A DNA stretch of 64,000 bases from Candidatus Magasanikbacteria bacterium CG10_big_fil_rev_8_21_14_0_10_36_32 (GTDB taxonomy: Bacteria > Patescibacteriota > Patescibacteriia > Magasanikbacterales > GWA2-37-8), in the NCBI GenBank assembly GCA_002778465.1, contig PFBV01000002.1:2312-66311 (forward strand), read 5' to 3'. The notes beneath the pieces were generated by a model that saw only the letters and a program-made list of their open reading frames with translations, ran no database searches and was not told the DNA's origin. The position numbers and the translations under genes were made by a program. This document shows positions 40,286 through 49,627 of this stretch, one piece after another (position 1 is the first letter of the stretch; the number at the start of each line of letters is the position of its first letter).

Positions 40286-41311
40286 ATGGCATCAATTGTT
40301 AGACAACTAAACGATACTGAACTGCGAGAAAAAAATCTCGTCTATTTTGGTTTTGATACGCAGGAGATGGAAGGTTTTTGGAATGCGTTGCATGAATATT
40401 TTAATGAAGCCTCACCATCTGATGACAGACAATATTGGTGGAGTTTTTTCCGTTGGTATACTGATGCCACATGGCAGGATATGACACGAATAGATAGGGA
40501 TGTTTTTGAAAGGATTGCAGTTGGACGGCAAATACCAATGGCTTTGATTTTGGGTTTTGATGTTTGGAATAGAATTATGGCTTATCTGTCATTAAAAGGA
40601 TTAGATGAAGAAGATACGCAAAACTTATATGTGAAAATTCGCGTCGCTTTTCTTAATTCAGAAGCAATAGTTGGTTATGGAAAAGGAAATTCCGAAATTA
40701 AAATAGTTGATTTAATAAAAGAATTGACTTTGATTAACAGTCGTGGGCGGGATTCAATGGCTATGGCGGAATTTTATGAAAAAATAAAAAATTTATTATT
40801 TCCGTCTAATGATAGTTGGTTAAAAGAGTTTATTGATGTTGATTATAAAGAAGCGGTGATGAAAATGGTAGATTTGATGGATTTTTTTATTACAGTGGAA
40901 TCTGACGATTTACCGGGGATAATGGATATGTATTTGCATTCAGAATTATATCCAACTGCCTCAACTGTTGCTCCGACTTCCGCTAAACAGGTTCAGTCTA
41001 TATCATTTAATCAACCGGAGACGGTCAAAGAAAAAAAAGTTGTTTTACCTGCTAAAAAAACGGAAGTTAAAGCTATTGTTTCAACACCGACTCCAATTCC
41101 GCCCAAGCCTGTCAAACCGCCTGTTCCGTCTTATTTAGATATAAAAAAAGAAGTTAATTTGGTTTTTAAAAAAGATCAGGACGGGGAATTTGTCGATTTA
41201 GACGGAGTCCTGAATAAATTATCTGAACTGGCTGTAAAATATAGCGATAATAAAATCGCTGAACTTTATTATTTTGACGAAAAAGAAAATAAATTTAAGT
41301 GGGGAGTTTAA
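40286..41311 (+). CDS. Hypothetical protein (T4SS-like cluster)
   Basis: ORF with a Pro-rich linker (PTPIPPKPVKPPVP); ATG at 40286. Confidence 0.5.
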   Translation: MASIVRQLNDTELREKNLVYFGFDTQEMEGFWNALHEYFNEASPSDDRQYWWSFFRWYTDATWQDMTRIDRDVFERIAVGRQIPMALILGFDVWNRIMAYLSLKGLDEEDTQNLYVKIRVAFLNSEAIVGYGKGNSEIKIVDLIKELTLINSRGRDSMAMAEFYEKIKNLLFPSNDSWLKEFIDVDYKEAVMKMVDLMDFFITVESDDLPGIMDMYLHSELYPTASTVAPTSAKQVQSISFNQPETVKEKKVVLPAKKTEVKAIVSTPTPIPPKPVKPPVPSYLDIKKEVNLVFKKDQDGEFVDLDGVLNKLSELAVKYSDNKIAELYYFDEKENKFKWGV

Positions 41312-41315
41312 AATT

Positions 41316-42461
41316 ATGTCTGATAACGCAACAATTTTAATTAAAAAAGCTGATGGCACAACCGAGAAGATAACTCTGGCTGAATTTCATGCTCGACAAA
41401 AGCAGTCTGCTCCGGCAGTTTTACCACCGGCGGATATTTCCCATTCTTCCGTTAAACCGGTTAAAATTGAAAAAAAAGTTGAACCGCTAAAATCTTTTAA
41501 TCCGCCAAAGGTAGAATCCAAAATTGAATTGTCAGAAAAAATTAAAAAAACAGAATTTACCAAAGATGATGCCGTTTCGTTGTTGGATGAATCATTGGAT
41601 GATGAAAAACCGAATATGCCTTTAGTCAGCCAGTCGCGTGTTTCTCAAGCTGACGAAATTATAAATAAATTAAATTTTAGAGCGCCGGATACGATTCGAT
41701 TACGAGGATTGATTCAATTGCGGTTGAAAGAAGTGCGAAGCGATGAAGAAACAAGAAGTTGGCTGATTCGGCCGATTGTTGACGGAGGCGCCGGAATCAA
41801 TGCGATGCAAGCTGAAGATGTTTTAAAATTATGCCGTGGAGAAAAAATTTCAAATAACTTTGAAGAAGTTAGTCCTTTAAAAAAAGGTTTACCCGGCGGT
41901 TTAAATGAACTGCCAATGGCTTCCGGCAATAAAACCGCTCCGATTGTTTATAAAGAACAGCCGGTTCCGGCAATTATGCCCAATAAAAAATCTTTTGTTG
42001 CCGCTTCTCCGGCCAAAGAAATAAAAAATTTAGGAGAATTAAAAAAAATATCCGATCAGAATTTGTCTGTTGACAGACATAATAAGATTTTATCTGATGA
42101 CAAAGAAATTCCGTCTGTTCGTCATATGGTGCGAGATATTATTCCGAACAAAAAAACCAGTATGAGTCCGACTGACGAAATTCGCTTTATATCATTGGTT
42201 GATTTTCGTCGTTTGTCCGCTAATCCGGAAGAGGCGATTGCCAGATTAAAACAAAAATTTATCAATTTGAAAGATGAATCGTATCTGCTTTATTTGGATG
42301 CTTTACAGGTTTGGCGAATGAGTCCGTTGTATCAGGATTATGTTGGCAGTGTTATTCGCGCGTTAAATCAAAATGTCCGTCTTAACAATTCATTGTTAGA
42401 TAAAAACAAAATACAAATGACGGAAATATCAGCGATTATTAAAATGGAAAATAGTTTTTAA
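41316..42461 (+). CDS. Hypothetical protein (T4SS-like cluster)
   Basis: ATG at 41316 preceded by a GGGGAG SD. Confidence 0.5.
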   Translation: MSDNATILIKKADGTTEKITLAEFHARQKQSAPAVLPPADISHSSVKPVKIEKKVEPLKSFNPPKVESKIELSEKIKKTEFTKDDAVSLLDESLDDEKPNMPLVSQSRVSQADEIINKLNFRAPDTIRLRGLIQLRLKEVRSDEETRSWLIRPIVDGGAGINAMQAEDVLKLCRGEKISNNFEEVSPLKKGLPGGLNELPMASGNKTAPIVYKEQPVPAIMPNKKSFVAASPAKEIKNLGELKKISDQNLSVDRHNKILSDDKEIPSVRHMVRDIIPNKKTSMSPTDEIRFISLVDFRRLSANPEEAIARLKQKFINLKDESYLLYLDALQVWRMSPLYQDYVGSVIRALNQNVRLNNSLLDKNKIQMTEISAIIKMENSF

Positions 42462-42463
42462 AT

Positions 42464-42889
42464 ATGCAACAATTTGTCGTACCTCAATTTATTGATGTGG
42501 AAGATAAAATTTTCGGACCAATCACGGCGCGGCAGTTTGTGATTTTATTGGTGGCAACATTAATTATTTTTCTCACTTATAAATTAGCTGATATTACATT
42601 ATTTATTTTTTTAACTTTGGTAATAGGCGGTTTAGCTTTAGTTTTTGCTTTTGTTAAAGTAAACGGACAGCCGTTCCATTATGTTATTTTAAGCATGATT
42701 CAGACATTACGCCGACCGAGTTTAAGAGTTTGGAATAAAACTTTTGACAAAAGCGAATTAACTCATTATCGTGAAGAATCAAAAGTTGTGGTTGTTGAAA
42801 AAATTAAACGAGTGCCAAAATTGTCTTACAGCCGTATTCGAGATTTATCTTTGGTGGTAAATACCGGCGGTTATTATAAACCTGAATAA
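42464..42889 (+). CDS. VirB3/PrgI-like small two-TM protein
   Basis: 141 aa with two adjacent TM helices; sits immediately upstream of the VirB4-like region. Confidence 0.4.
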   Translation: MQQFVVPQFIDVEDKIFGPITARQFVILLVATLIIFLTYKLADITLFIFLTLVIGGLALVFAFVKVNGQPFHYVILSMIQTLRRPSLRVWNKTFDKSELTHYREESKVVVVEKIKRVPKLSYSRIRDLSLVVNTGGYYKPE

Positions 42890-42891
42890 TT

Positions 42892-43581
42892 ATGAAAAAT
42901 AAAAAAGCGGTCAATAAAAGAAATGCCGTTCCGACTACACAAAAAAATACGGCTATCGCTGAAATTAAACATGATACTGTAGTGGTAAAAGATGGTACTT
43001 TGCGTTCGGTTTTGATGGTGTCCAGTATTAATTTTGCTTTAAAAAATGACGATGAACAGCAGGCGATTGTGTCTAATTATGTTTCTTTTTTAAATTCGCT
43101 TGATCATCCTTTGCAAATTCTTATTCAATCCCGTCAGCTTAATATAAAACCGTATTTGGAAAGATTGGCGGACAAAGAAAAAGAACAGCCAAATGAATTG
43201 TTAAGAATGCAAATTGCCGATTATCGTTCGTTTGTTTCAGAATTGGTCAATTTGGGAAAAATTATGAGTAAACATTTTTTTGTGGTGGTGCCTTACGATC
43301 CGCTGACAAATAAAAAAAGAGGTTTTTGGTCGCGTTTGCTTGAAGTTATTAATCCGGCCATTACAGTTCGTTTGAAAGAAGAAAGATTTTTGCAGAGAAA
43401 GAGAGATTTGGATATGCGAGTAAGACAAATTCAAGGCGGTTTGCAAAGTATGGGGTTGGAAGTTGTTAAATTAGATACTCAATCGTTGATTGAACTTTAT
43501 TATTCCGCGTATAATCCGGATATCGCTCTTAGCGAACCGTTGGCGGATGTGGTGGAAACCATGCAATTAGAAAACGCTTAA
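42892..43581 (+). CDS. Hypothetical protein; possibly a detached VirB4 N-terminal domain
   Basis: 229 aa; ends 10 nt before the VirB4-like ATPase ORF in a different frame; combined length (~850 aa) matches full-length VirB4. Confidence 0.45.
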   Translation: MKNKKAVNKRNAVPTTQKNTAIAEIKHDTVVVKDGTLRSVLMVSSINFALKNDDEQQAIVSNYVSFLNSLDHPLQILIQSRQLNIKPYLERLADKEKEQPNELLRMQIADYRSFVSELVNLGKIMSKHFFVVVPYDPLTNKKRGFWSRLLEVINPAITVRLKEERFLQRKRDLDMRVRQIQGGLQSMGLEVVKLDTQSLIELYYSAYNPDIALSEPLADVVETMQLENA

Positions 43582-43591
43582 TTTTTTATTT

Positions 43592-45463
43592 ATGGCATTT
43601 AAACCAAGCTCAATTAAAGCAGAAAAAGAATCTACTGGTCGTCTTAAAGAAGATGAAAACAAAATAAAGAAGCAGACGGCCGAAGAAATGATTACTTTGG
43701 AAGAAGAAAAGATTTTTCGCGAAGGTGTTGTCAGTATCCGTGATTTAATAGCGCCTTCCGCTTTTCGCGTTGAATCCAGTTTTATACAATTGGGTGATTT
43801 ATATTGCCGGACTATTTTCATTACCGCTTACCCGAGATATATTTCCATCGGCTGGAGTTCGCCGGTTATTAATTTGTCGGTCACCATGGACATCTCAATG
43901 TTTTTTTATCCGGTTAAATCAGCTGTTATTTTAAAACAATTAAAAAATAAAGTCGGCGCTTTGGAAGCGCAAATTAGTTCCGACACAGAAAAAGGCGCGC
44001 CTCGCGATCCAATTCGGGAAACAGCTTTGCGCGATATTGAACAATTGCGAGATAATTTAACGCAAGGAATTGAACATTTTTTTCAATTTTGTTTTTATGT
44101 TACTCTTTACGCCAAAAGTAAAGAGGAATTGGATCAAACCACTGAAGATATTGAAAATATTTTCGGTTCAAAACTGATTATGAGTCGCAAAGTTTTATAT
44201 CAGGCGGAACAAGGTTTTAATTCCACTTTACCGATGGCAAATGACGAATTGTACATTGCTTTTAATATGAATTCGTCTCCGATTGCCGCTTCTTTTCCAT
44301 TTATTTCCGCGGAATTAACCTCAGATGATGGTATTCTTTATGGCATTAATCGCCATAATAACAGTTTGATTTTGTTTGACCGGTTTTCTTTGCAAAATGG
44401 CAATATGGTGGTTTTCGCTTCGGCCGGTGCCGGAAAAAGTTACGCCGTTAAACTGGAAGTTTTGCGCACAATGATGATGGGAACCGATGTGATGATTATT
44501 GATCCGGAAATGGAATATAAACATCTTTGTGATGCGGTTGGTGGAACTTACATTAGTATTTCGTTGTCTTCGGAAGCAAAAATCAATCCATTTGATTTGC
44601 CCCGTCCGGTCGGTTCTGATATTTCCACTGAGGATATTATTCGTAGCGCCGTTATTACCATGAAAGGCTTGTTGCGTATTATGTTGAATGGTTTGACGGT
44701 GGAGCAGGATTCAATTATGGATAGAGCTTTGATTGAAACTTACGCCAAGAAAGATATTACGCCGGAGGCGGATTTATCCAATATTAAACCGCCGATTATG
44801 CAGGATTTAGTGGAAGTTTTGGAAGGTATGCAAGGTTCCGATGAATTGGTAATGAAATTAAAAAAATATACCGAAGGAACTTTCAGTGGACTGTTTAATT
44901 CGCCGACTAATGTTGATGTTAAAAATCAATTGGTGATTTATAGTGTTCGTGATTTAGAGGATGAACTTCGCCCGATTGCTATTTATTCAATCGTTAACTA
45001 TATTTGGAATGTTGTACGTTCGGAAAGAAAAAAACGAGTTTTGGTGATTGATGAAGCTTGGTGGCTGATGATGCATGAGGACAGCGCCAGATTTATTTAT
45101 GGTTTGGTTAAACGCTGCCGAAAATATTATCTCGGAGTGACTACTATCACTCAGGATGTGAATGACTTTTTGAAATCTCAATATGGACAGGCGATCGTTA
45201 CCAACTCGGCTTTGCAGTTGTTGTTGCGTCAGTCGCCGGCGGCGGTGGATTTGGTTCAGCGGGTGTTTATGTTGACTGACAGCGAGAAATATTTGTTATT
45301 GGAAAGCGGAGTGGGCGAGGGTATATTTTTTGCCGGCAATAAACATGCCGCCATTAAAGTTGTTGCTTCTTATACAGAAGATCAGTTGGTTACCACCAAT
45401 CCGGAACAATTATTGGCTATAGAAAAAGCAAAGCGCGAATTTGAAGAACAGAGTAAAAAATAA
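43592..45463 (+). CDS. VirB4/TraC/TrbE-like conjugative-type ATPase
   Basis: Walker A (ASAGAGKSY), Walker B (VLVIDEAWWL), and a VirB4-like C-terminal region. Confidence 0.8.
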   Translation: MAFKPSSIKAEKESTGRLKEDENKIKKQTAEEMITLEEEKIFREGVVSIRDLIAPSAFRVESSFIQLGDLYCRTIFITAYPRYISIGWSSPVINLSVTMDISMFFYPVKSAVILKQLKNKVGALEAQISSDTEKGAPRDPIRETALRDIEQLRDNLTQGIEHFFQFCFYVTLYAKSKEELDQTTEDIENIFGSKLIMSRKVLYQAEQGFNSTLPMANDELYIAFNMNSSPIAASFPFISAELTSDDGILYGINRHNNSLILFDRFSLQNGNMVVFASAGAGKSYAVKLEVLRTMMMGTDVMIIDPEMEYKHLCDAVGGTYISISLSSEAKINPFDLPRPVGSDISTEDIIRSAVITMKGLLRIMLNGLTVEQDSIMDRALIETYAKKDITPEADLSNIKPPIMQDLVEVLEGMQGSDELVMKLKKYTEGTFSGLFNSPTNVDVKNQLVIYSVRDLEDELRPIAIYSIVNYIWNVVRSERKKRVLVIDEAWWLMMHEDSARFIYGLVKRCRKYYLGVTTITQDVNDFLKSQYGQAIVTNSALQLLLRQSPAAVDLVQRVFMLTDSEKYLLLESGVGEGIFFAGNKHAAIKVVASYTEDQLVTTNPEQLLAIEKAKREFEEQSKK

Positions 45464-45493
45464 TTCACTTTTTATTTAACAGGGTAAAACAAT

Positions 45494-46090
45494 ATGACTA
45501 CACTCCGCACAAGAATTTTTATTATTTTTAGCATATTTTTTCTGTTCGTTTTAGCGGTTAGCATTATTTTGATTGTGATTAATAAGCAAAAACAGGCGGT
45601 TATTGAAACAACTTCTACACCGTCGGCGATAGATTTTGATAATTTTACGCAGGATAAAATTAGCGCGCCGGCTGCCCAAGTGACGCCAACTCAAGGAATA
45701 ACCGTAAAACAACCAACCACTGAGGAACAAATGAAAAATGCCGCTAAACAGATAGCAAAGATTTTTGTGGAACGCTATGGCACTTATTCCACTGATAATA
45801 ATTTCAGCAATATTAAAGAATTGGATACAATGTGCAGTCGGGATTTGTGGAGTGTTTTAAGTTCGCGGATAACTGACACTCAGGTCAATAACGGATTTGT
45901 CGGTGTTACCACTAAAGCGGTTACCTCAGTAATCACTTCTTGGCAAACAGATAAAGCTATTGTTGAAATTACAACTGTCCGGACAGAAACAAAAGATGGC
46001 GTCACTTCTTCAAAAAATCAAAAAGCTACAGTTACTTTGGTTAATGTTCAGAATAATTGGCTGGTGGATGATGCAAAATGGGGACAATAA
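45494..46090 (+). CDS. Membrane-anchored protein (possibly VirB8-like)
   Basis: N-terminal TM helix plus a ~160-aa extracytoplasmic domain; the call rests on context only. Confidence 0.4.
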   Translation: MTTLRTRIFIIFSIFFLFVLAVSIILIVINKQKQAVIETTSTPSAIDFDNFTQDKISAPAAQVTPTQGITVKQPTTEEQMKNAAKQIAKIFVERYGTYSTDNNFSNIKELDTMCSRDLWSVLSSRITDTQVNNGFVGVTTKAVTSVITSWQTDKAIVEITTVRTETKDGVTSSKNQKATVTLVNVQNNWLVDDAKWGQ

Positions 46091-46109
46091 AAAAATATAT
46101 TTAACAAAA

Positions 46110-46141
46110 ACCCCGATATCAAATCGGGGTTTTAAATTTTT
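46110..46141 (+). terminator. Rho-independent terminator
   Basis: ACCCCGAT-ATCAA-ATCGGGGT hairpin plus TTTAAATTTTT. Confidence 0.45.
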
Positions 46142-46852
46142 ATGGATAATTTTTTTAAGTTTATCAAAGATATTCTTTTTCCGATTTTTTGCGTTGATTG
46201 CGGAAAAGAAGGCGAATGGTGGTGTTCGCCTTGCCGTAAGAAAATCAAGTCAGTTTTAATTGCCAAATGTCCGGTTTGTCACCGCCATAGCGAATTTGGC
46301 GCAGTTTGTGTTGTTTGTCGCTCGGTTTCCTCTTTGGATGGTTTGGTTTCCTATTTGCCTTATTTTGAAAAATATCCGGCCGCTATTTTGATTCATAAAT
46401 TTAAATATCAATACGCTAAAGATATTGTTGAAATTTGGAAAAAAATAATGTCGCCGATAAATTTTTTTTGGTTGGAAAATAAAAAAACAGTTGCTATTAT
46501 TCCTGTGCCGTTGCACAGCCGGCGTGAACGGGAGCGCGGTTTTAATCAGGCCGATTTACTTGTCGGAGTTTTTCATGATAAAATGTCTGCTGAATTTTCA
46601 ACAGTTGATTTTCAGATTAATCGTGATTTAATTCGTCGCCGGTTTACTCAACAGCAGGCGAAATTGACTAAAGAGGAAAGGTTGGAAAATATAAAAGATG
46701 CTTTTGATTGGCAAGGCAAAGAATGTCCGAAAACGATTATTTTGATTGATGATGTTTTTACCAGTGGCGCCACTATGCAGGAATGCGCGAAAATTTTAAA
46801 ATCCGCCGGCGCGGAAATTGTTTGGGGTGTCACTCTGTCCAGAGCGGAGTAA
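46142..46852 (+). CDS. comFC: ComF family protein (ComFC-like phosphoribosyltransferase with N-terminal zinc finger)
   Basis: CxxC...CxxC...CxxC...CxxC N-terminus; PRTase motif IILIDDVFTSGAT. Confidence 0.75.
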   Translation: MDNFFKFIKDILFPIFCVDCGKEGEWWCSPCRKKIKSVLIAKCPVCHRHSEFGAVCVVCRSVSSLDGLVSYLPYFEKYPAAILIHKFKYQYAKDIVEIWKKIMSPINFFWLENKKTVAIIPVPLHSRRERERGFNQADLLVGVFHDKMSAEFSTVDFQINRDLIRRRFTQQQAKLTKEERLENIKDAFDWQGKECPKTIILIDDVFTSGATMQECAKILKSAGAEIVWGVTLSRAE

Positions 46853-46925
46853 ATATCCTTGACTTTGCATAAATAATGTGCTATTTTAAAATCATCTGCG
46901 CATAACAAACCATGGAGGTGATGAA

Positions 46926-47084
46926 ATGAGGCTGTTGGGTAGTTTCTTTGGTGGCGCGTCAATCGGAGGATTGATTGCTATGTTCATCACAATCCATCCG
47001 GAAATGGTAATTTTTTGGATGGTTTATAGCATCGTGTGCGCCATAATTTCTGCCGGAATGCTCATTGGGTCCAGAAACAAGTAG
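46926..47084 (+). CDS. Small (52 aa) two-TM membrane protein, below the ORF-track length cut-off
   Basis: A GGAGGTG SD lies 5 nt upstream of the ATG; hydrophobic; followed directly by the terminator at 47105. Confidence 0.35.
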   Translation: MRLLGSFFGGASIGGLIAMFITIHPEMVIFWMVYSIVCAIISAGMLIGSRNK

Positions 47085-47104
47085 TTCTTTTTTAGAAAAA
47101 TCCG

Positions 47105-47131
47105 CCAGCTGTTTTTAACAGCTGGCTTTTT
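47105..47131 (+). terminator. Rho-independent terminator
   Basis: CCAGCTG-TTTTTAA-CAGCTGG hairpin plus CTTTTT. Confidence 0.55.
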
Positions 47132-47221
47132 AAATACCCATTTAAACGGGTATTTAAATACGAGATGATTTGTTCAGTGTTTGACTTTTCAATTTATTTT
47201 TGCTATTATTATCCGAGAATT

Positions 47222-47274
47222 GGAGAGGTGGCTTCTGAGCTCCTGCCTGCCGGTAGGCAGGGGTCGAAAGCGGT
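47222..47274 (+). pseudogene. Decayed duplicate of the first 29 nt of tRNA-Ser(GCU), with a 20-bp palindrome inserted in the D-loop
   Basis: GGAGAGGTGGCT-TCT-GAGCT-[CCTGCCTGCCGGTAGGCAGG]-G-GTCGAAAGCGG matches nt 1-29 of the intact tRNA at 47529; interrupted by TCT and the palindrome. Confidence 0.5.
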
Positions 47275-47284
47275 AATAAAATTT

Positions 47285-47527
47285 ATGTATTGCGTGTATT
47301 TTTTACAAAGTCTGAAAGATAAAGGTTTGTACATCGGAAAAACGAATAATATTAAACGTCGGTTATCTGAACACAACGCCGGTAAAGTTCAATCGACAAA
47401 AAGTAGAAAACCTTTTATTTTGTTGGGATTAGAAAAATACCAAACAGAAAAAGAATGTTTGGCGGCAGAATTAGAATGGAAAAAAGGATATAAACGCGAA
47501 CAATTAAAAGTTAGATATAGTCTATAA
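47285..47527 (+). CDS. Small GIY-YIG nuclease family protein (paralogue of 14865..15125)
   Basis: VYFLQSLKDKGLYIGKTNNIKRRLSEHN GIY-YIG motif; 80 aa; the stop codon lies 1 nt (t47528) before nt 1 of tRNA-Ser. The ORF-track start at 47165 reads through the tRNA fragment and is rejected. Confidence 0.75.
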   Translation: MYCVYFLQSLKDKGLYIGKTNNIKRRLSEHNAGKVQSTKSRKPFILLGLEKYQTEKECLAAELEWKKGYKREQLKVRYSL

Positions 47528-47528
47528 T

Positions 47529-47624
<96 letters not shown>

Positions 47625-47781
47625 GGACAATTTAGTATCGGATAGACCCGAGTAATGGTGAAGAATCCGTGATCCGACTGCCTAAAAAATTGTAATAAAA
47701 ACAACGATTTTCTGGTCGCTGTTTTTTTAATAAAAAATAGGTTCTTCAATAAGGTGAATATTTGAGTTATAATATAAGCAA

Positions 47782-47967
47782 ATGAACTGCCCCGATATGA
47801 AGAATAAACTTTTATACTGTATCCCAAAAATTCTAGCAATACTGCTGGGGATATTTTTTATCATTTTCGGTGAATTTGATGATAGTCCCGGAGCGCAACT
47901 ATTAGGTGTGGTATTAGTTGTGATCGGTATTGTTAGTATATTTAAAAACAATAAAAAATCTGCATGA
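47782..47967 (+). CDS. Hypothetical small membrane protein (61 aa)
   Basis: Two hydrophobic helices; no other support. Confidence 0.3.
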   Translation: MNCPDMKNKLLYCIPKILAILLGIFFIIFGEFDDSPGAQLLGVVLVVIGIVSIFKNNKKSA

Positions 47968-48003
47968 AATTTTTTAACCAAGATTTTATTTAACGGGGTA
48001 AAT

Positions 48004-49569
48004 ATGAATAATCATTTAAAATCAATTTTAAAAATCCTGTTAATCGTTTTGTCCTACACTTTCATCATCTGCATTTTTTCCAACAGCTATGACTATGATT
48101 TAGGCTGGCATTTGAGATTTGGCAAAGAATTTTGGGAAAGTTTGAAATTTTCTTTTACCGACACTTACACTTGGCAACATTTTGGACAGTTTTGGACAAA
48201 TCATGAATGGGGAGGTGATTTATTGTTTTGGCCGATTTACAACGATCTTTCTTATTTTGGCTTAATTTTATTAGTCGCTTTGTCGCCGTTGGCGGCGTTT
48301 TTAATTGTTTTGAAAATTTTTCAGCCGCGATGGACGATAGCCGGATTGATTTTAATTTTTGTTTTTTTATGGACAATGCCGCATATCCTGATTTTGCGTT
48401 TGGCAATGTTAACGCCGTTATTTTTGGCAATTCTTTGGTATTTTTTGGAAAAATTTCCTAAGCAAAATAATTATTTTTTTTGGCCGTTGGTATTATGGTT
48501 TTGGTCAATTTTGCATGGCAGTTGGATTTTAGGTTTTATTGTGATTGGTATTTATAGTTTTGGAAATATTTTAAATTTGGTGGCGAAAAAATATTGCCCG
48601 CGTTTTCATAATCCAAAATTATGGTCAATTAAAGATATTCGGAATGCTATTGTTTGGACTTTGATTTCCGCCGGCGTGATTTGCATTAATCCTTATGGTT
48701 GGCATATTTGGCAAGAAGTTATAAATTATTTTTCTTTGTCATTTTACAAATTGCATATCTTGGAATGGGTGCCGAGTTATGTTTATCCGATTTATTGGAA
48801 ACCGCTGTTTATTATGGGCGCCGGCATTCCGTTGGCAGTTTGGGGTTTTGTTAAAAAAAGAGTGACTTTACCGCAAATTCTCTTATTCGCCGCTCTTTGG
48901 TTGGCCGCTTGGCAATATAAACGGCAGGCGATTTTATTTTTATTGGTTTGTCTGTCGTTGTTTTCAGGTTGTTGGGAAATAGTAAAATCAAGGTTATTAA
49001 ATCGTTTTACAATCAAAGTTGTTTATTTTTTTCCGATTATTGCCGTGTTTTTATTAATCGTCGGTTATTTAATCAGGATTGATTGGACAAAAGATATTTG
49101 GAATAATCAAAGTTTATTATCTGCTAACACCATGCCGGTTGAAGCGGTTGAATTTTTGAAGGAACGAACTGTCGGACACACAACTTTTGTATTTAATGAA
49201 TTCAGCTGGGGCGGATATATGAATTGGACATGGCCGGAGGGGTTGGTTTTTTTTGACGGTCGTGGCGCCGCCACTTGGATGTATGATAAAAAAACAACAA
49301 TGACTGAAAAATATTTTAATATTAAATATGAAGCCGGCGGATTTGAATTTTTAGAAGCTTCTCCGGCTGAATATATCATACTCAGTAAAGATGTTATCGC
49401 TTATCCGCCACCGGATAAATTAAACCGGTTGTTTTTTGGACAAAAAGATTTGGATAAAATTTTAAAACCCGCTTCGCCACAGCTTCAGCAAATGCTTGAC
49501 CGGAGCCAAAGTTGGCAAAATATCTATGAAGATGAAGTTTGTAATGTTTGGCAACGGTTCAGCCGATAA
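48004..49569 (+). CDS. Polytopic membrane protein, possible GT-C-type glycosyltransferase
   Basis: About 12 TM helices, 521 aa, with a C-terminal soluble domain. Confidence 0.55.
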   Translation: MNNHLKSILKILLIVLSYTFIICIFSNSYDYDLGWHLRFGKEFWESLKFSFTDTYTWQHFGQFWTNHEWGGDLLFWPIYNDLSYFGLILLVALSPLAAFLIVLKIFQPRWTIAGLILIFVFLWTMPHILILRLAMLTPLFLAILWYFLEKFPKQNNYFFWPLVLWFWSILHGSWILGFIVIGIYSFGNILNLVAKKYCPRFHNPKLWSIKDIRNAIVWTLISAGVICINPYGWHIWQEVINYFSLSFYKLHILEWVPSYVYPIYWKPLFIMGAGIPLAVWGFVKKRVTLPQILLFAALWLAAWQYKRQAILFLLVCLSLFSGCWEIVKSRLLNRFTIKVVYFFPIIAVFLLIVGYLIRIDWTKDIWNNQSLLSANTMPVEAVEFLKERTVGHTTFVFNEFSWGGYMNWTWPEGLVFFDGRGAATWMYDKKTTMTEKYFNIKYEAGGFEFLEASPAEYIILSKDVIAYPPPDKLNRLFFGQKDLDKILKPASPQLQQMLDRSQSWQNIYEDEVCNVWQRFSR

Positions 49570-49627
49570 AAACAAATTAGTCATTTTAACGTAAAAATAG
49601 TATAATATATGTATAATTATACTATTT

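Noticed and set aside
47165-47284. Longer N-terminal extension of GIY-YIG #2 (ORF-track start 47165)
   Set aside because: The extension translates through the tRNA-Ser 5' fragment and the 20-bp palindrome. The paralogue at 14865 starts at the equivalent of M41, so the true start is taken as 47285.
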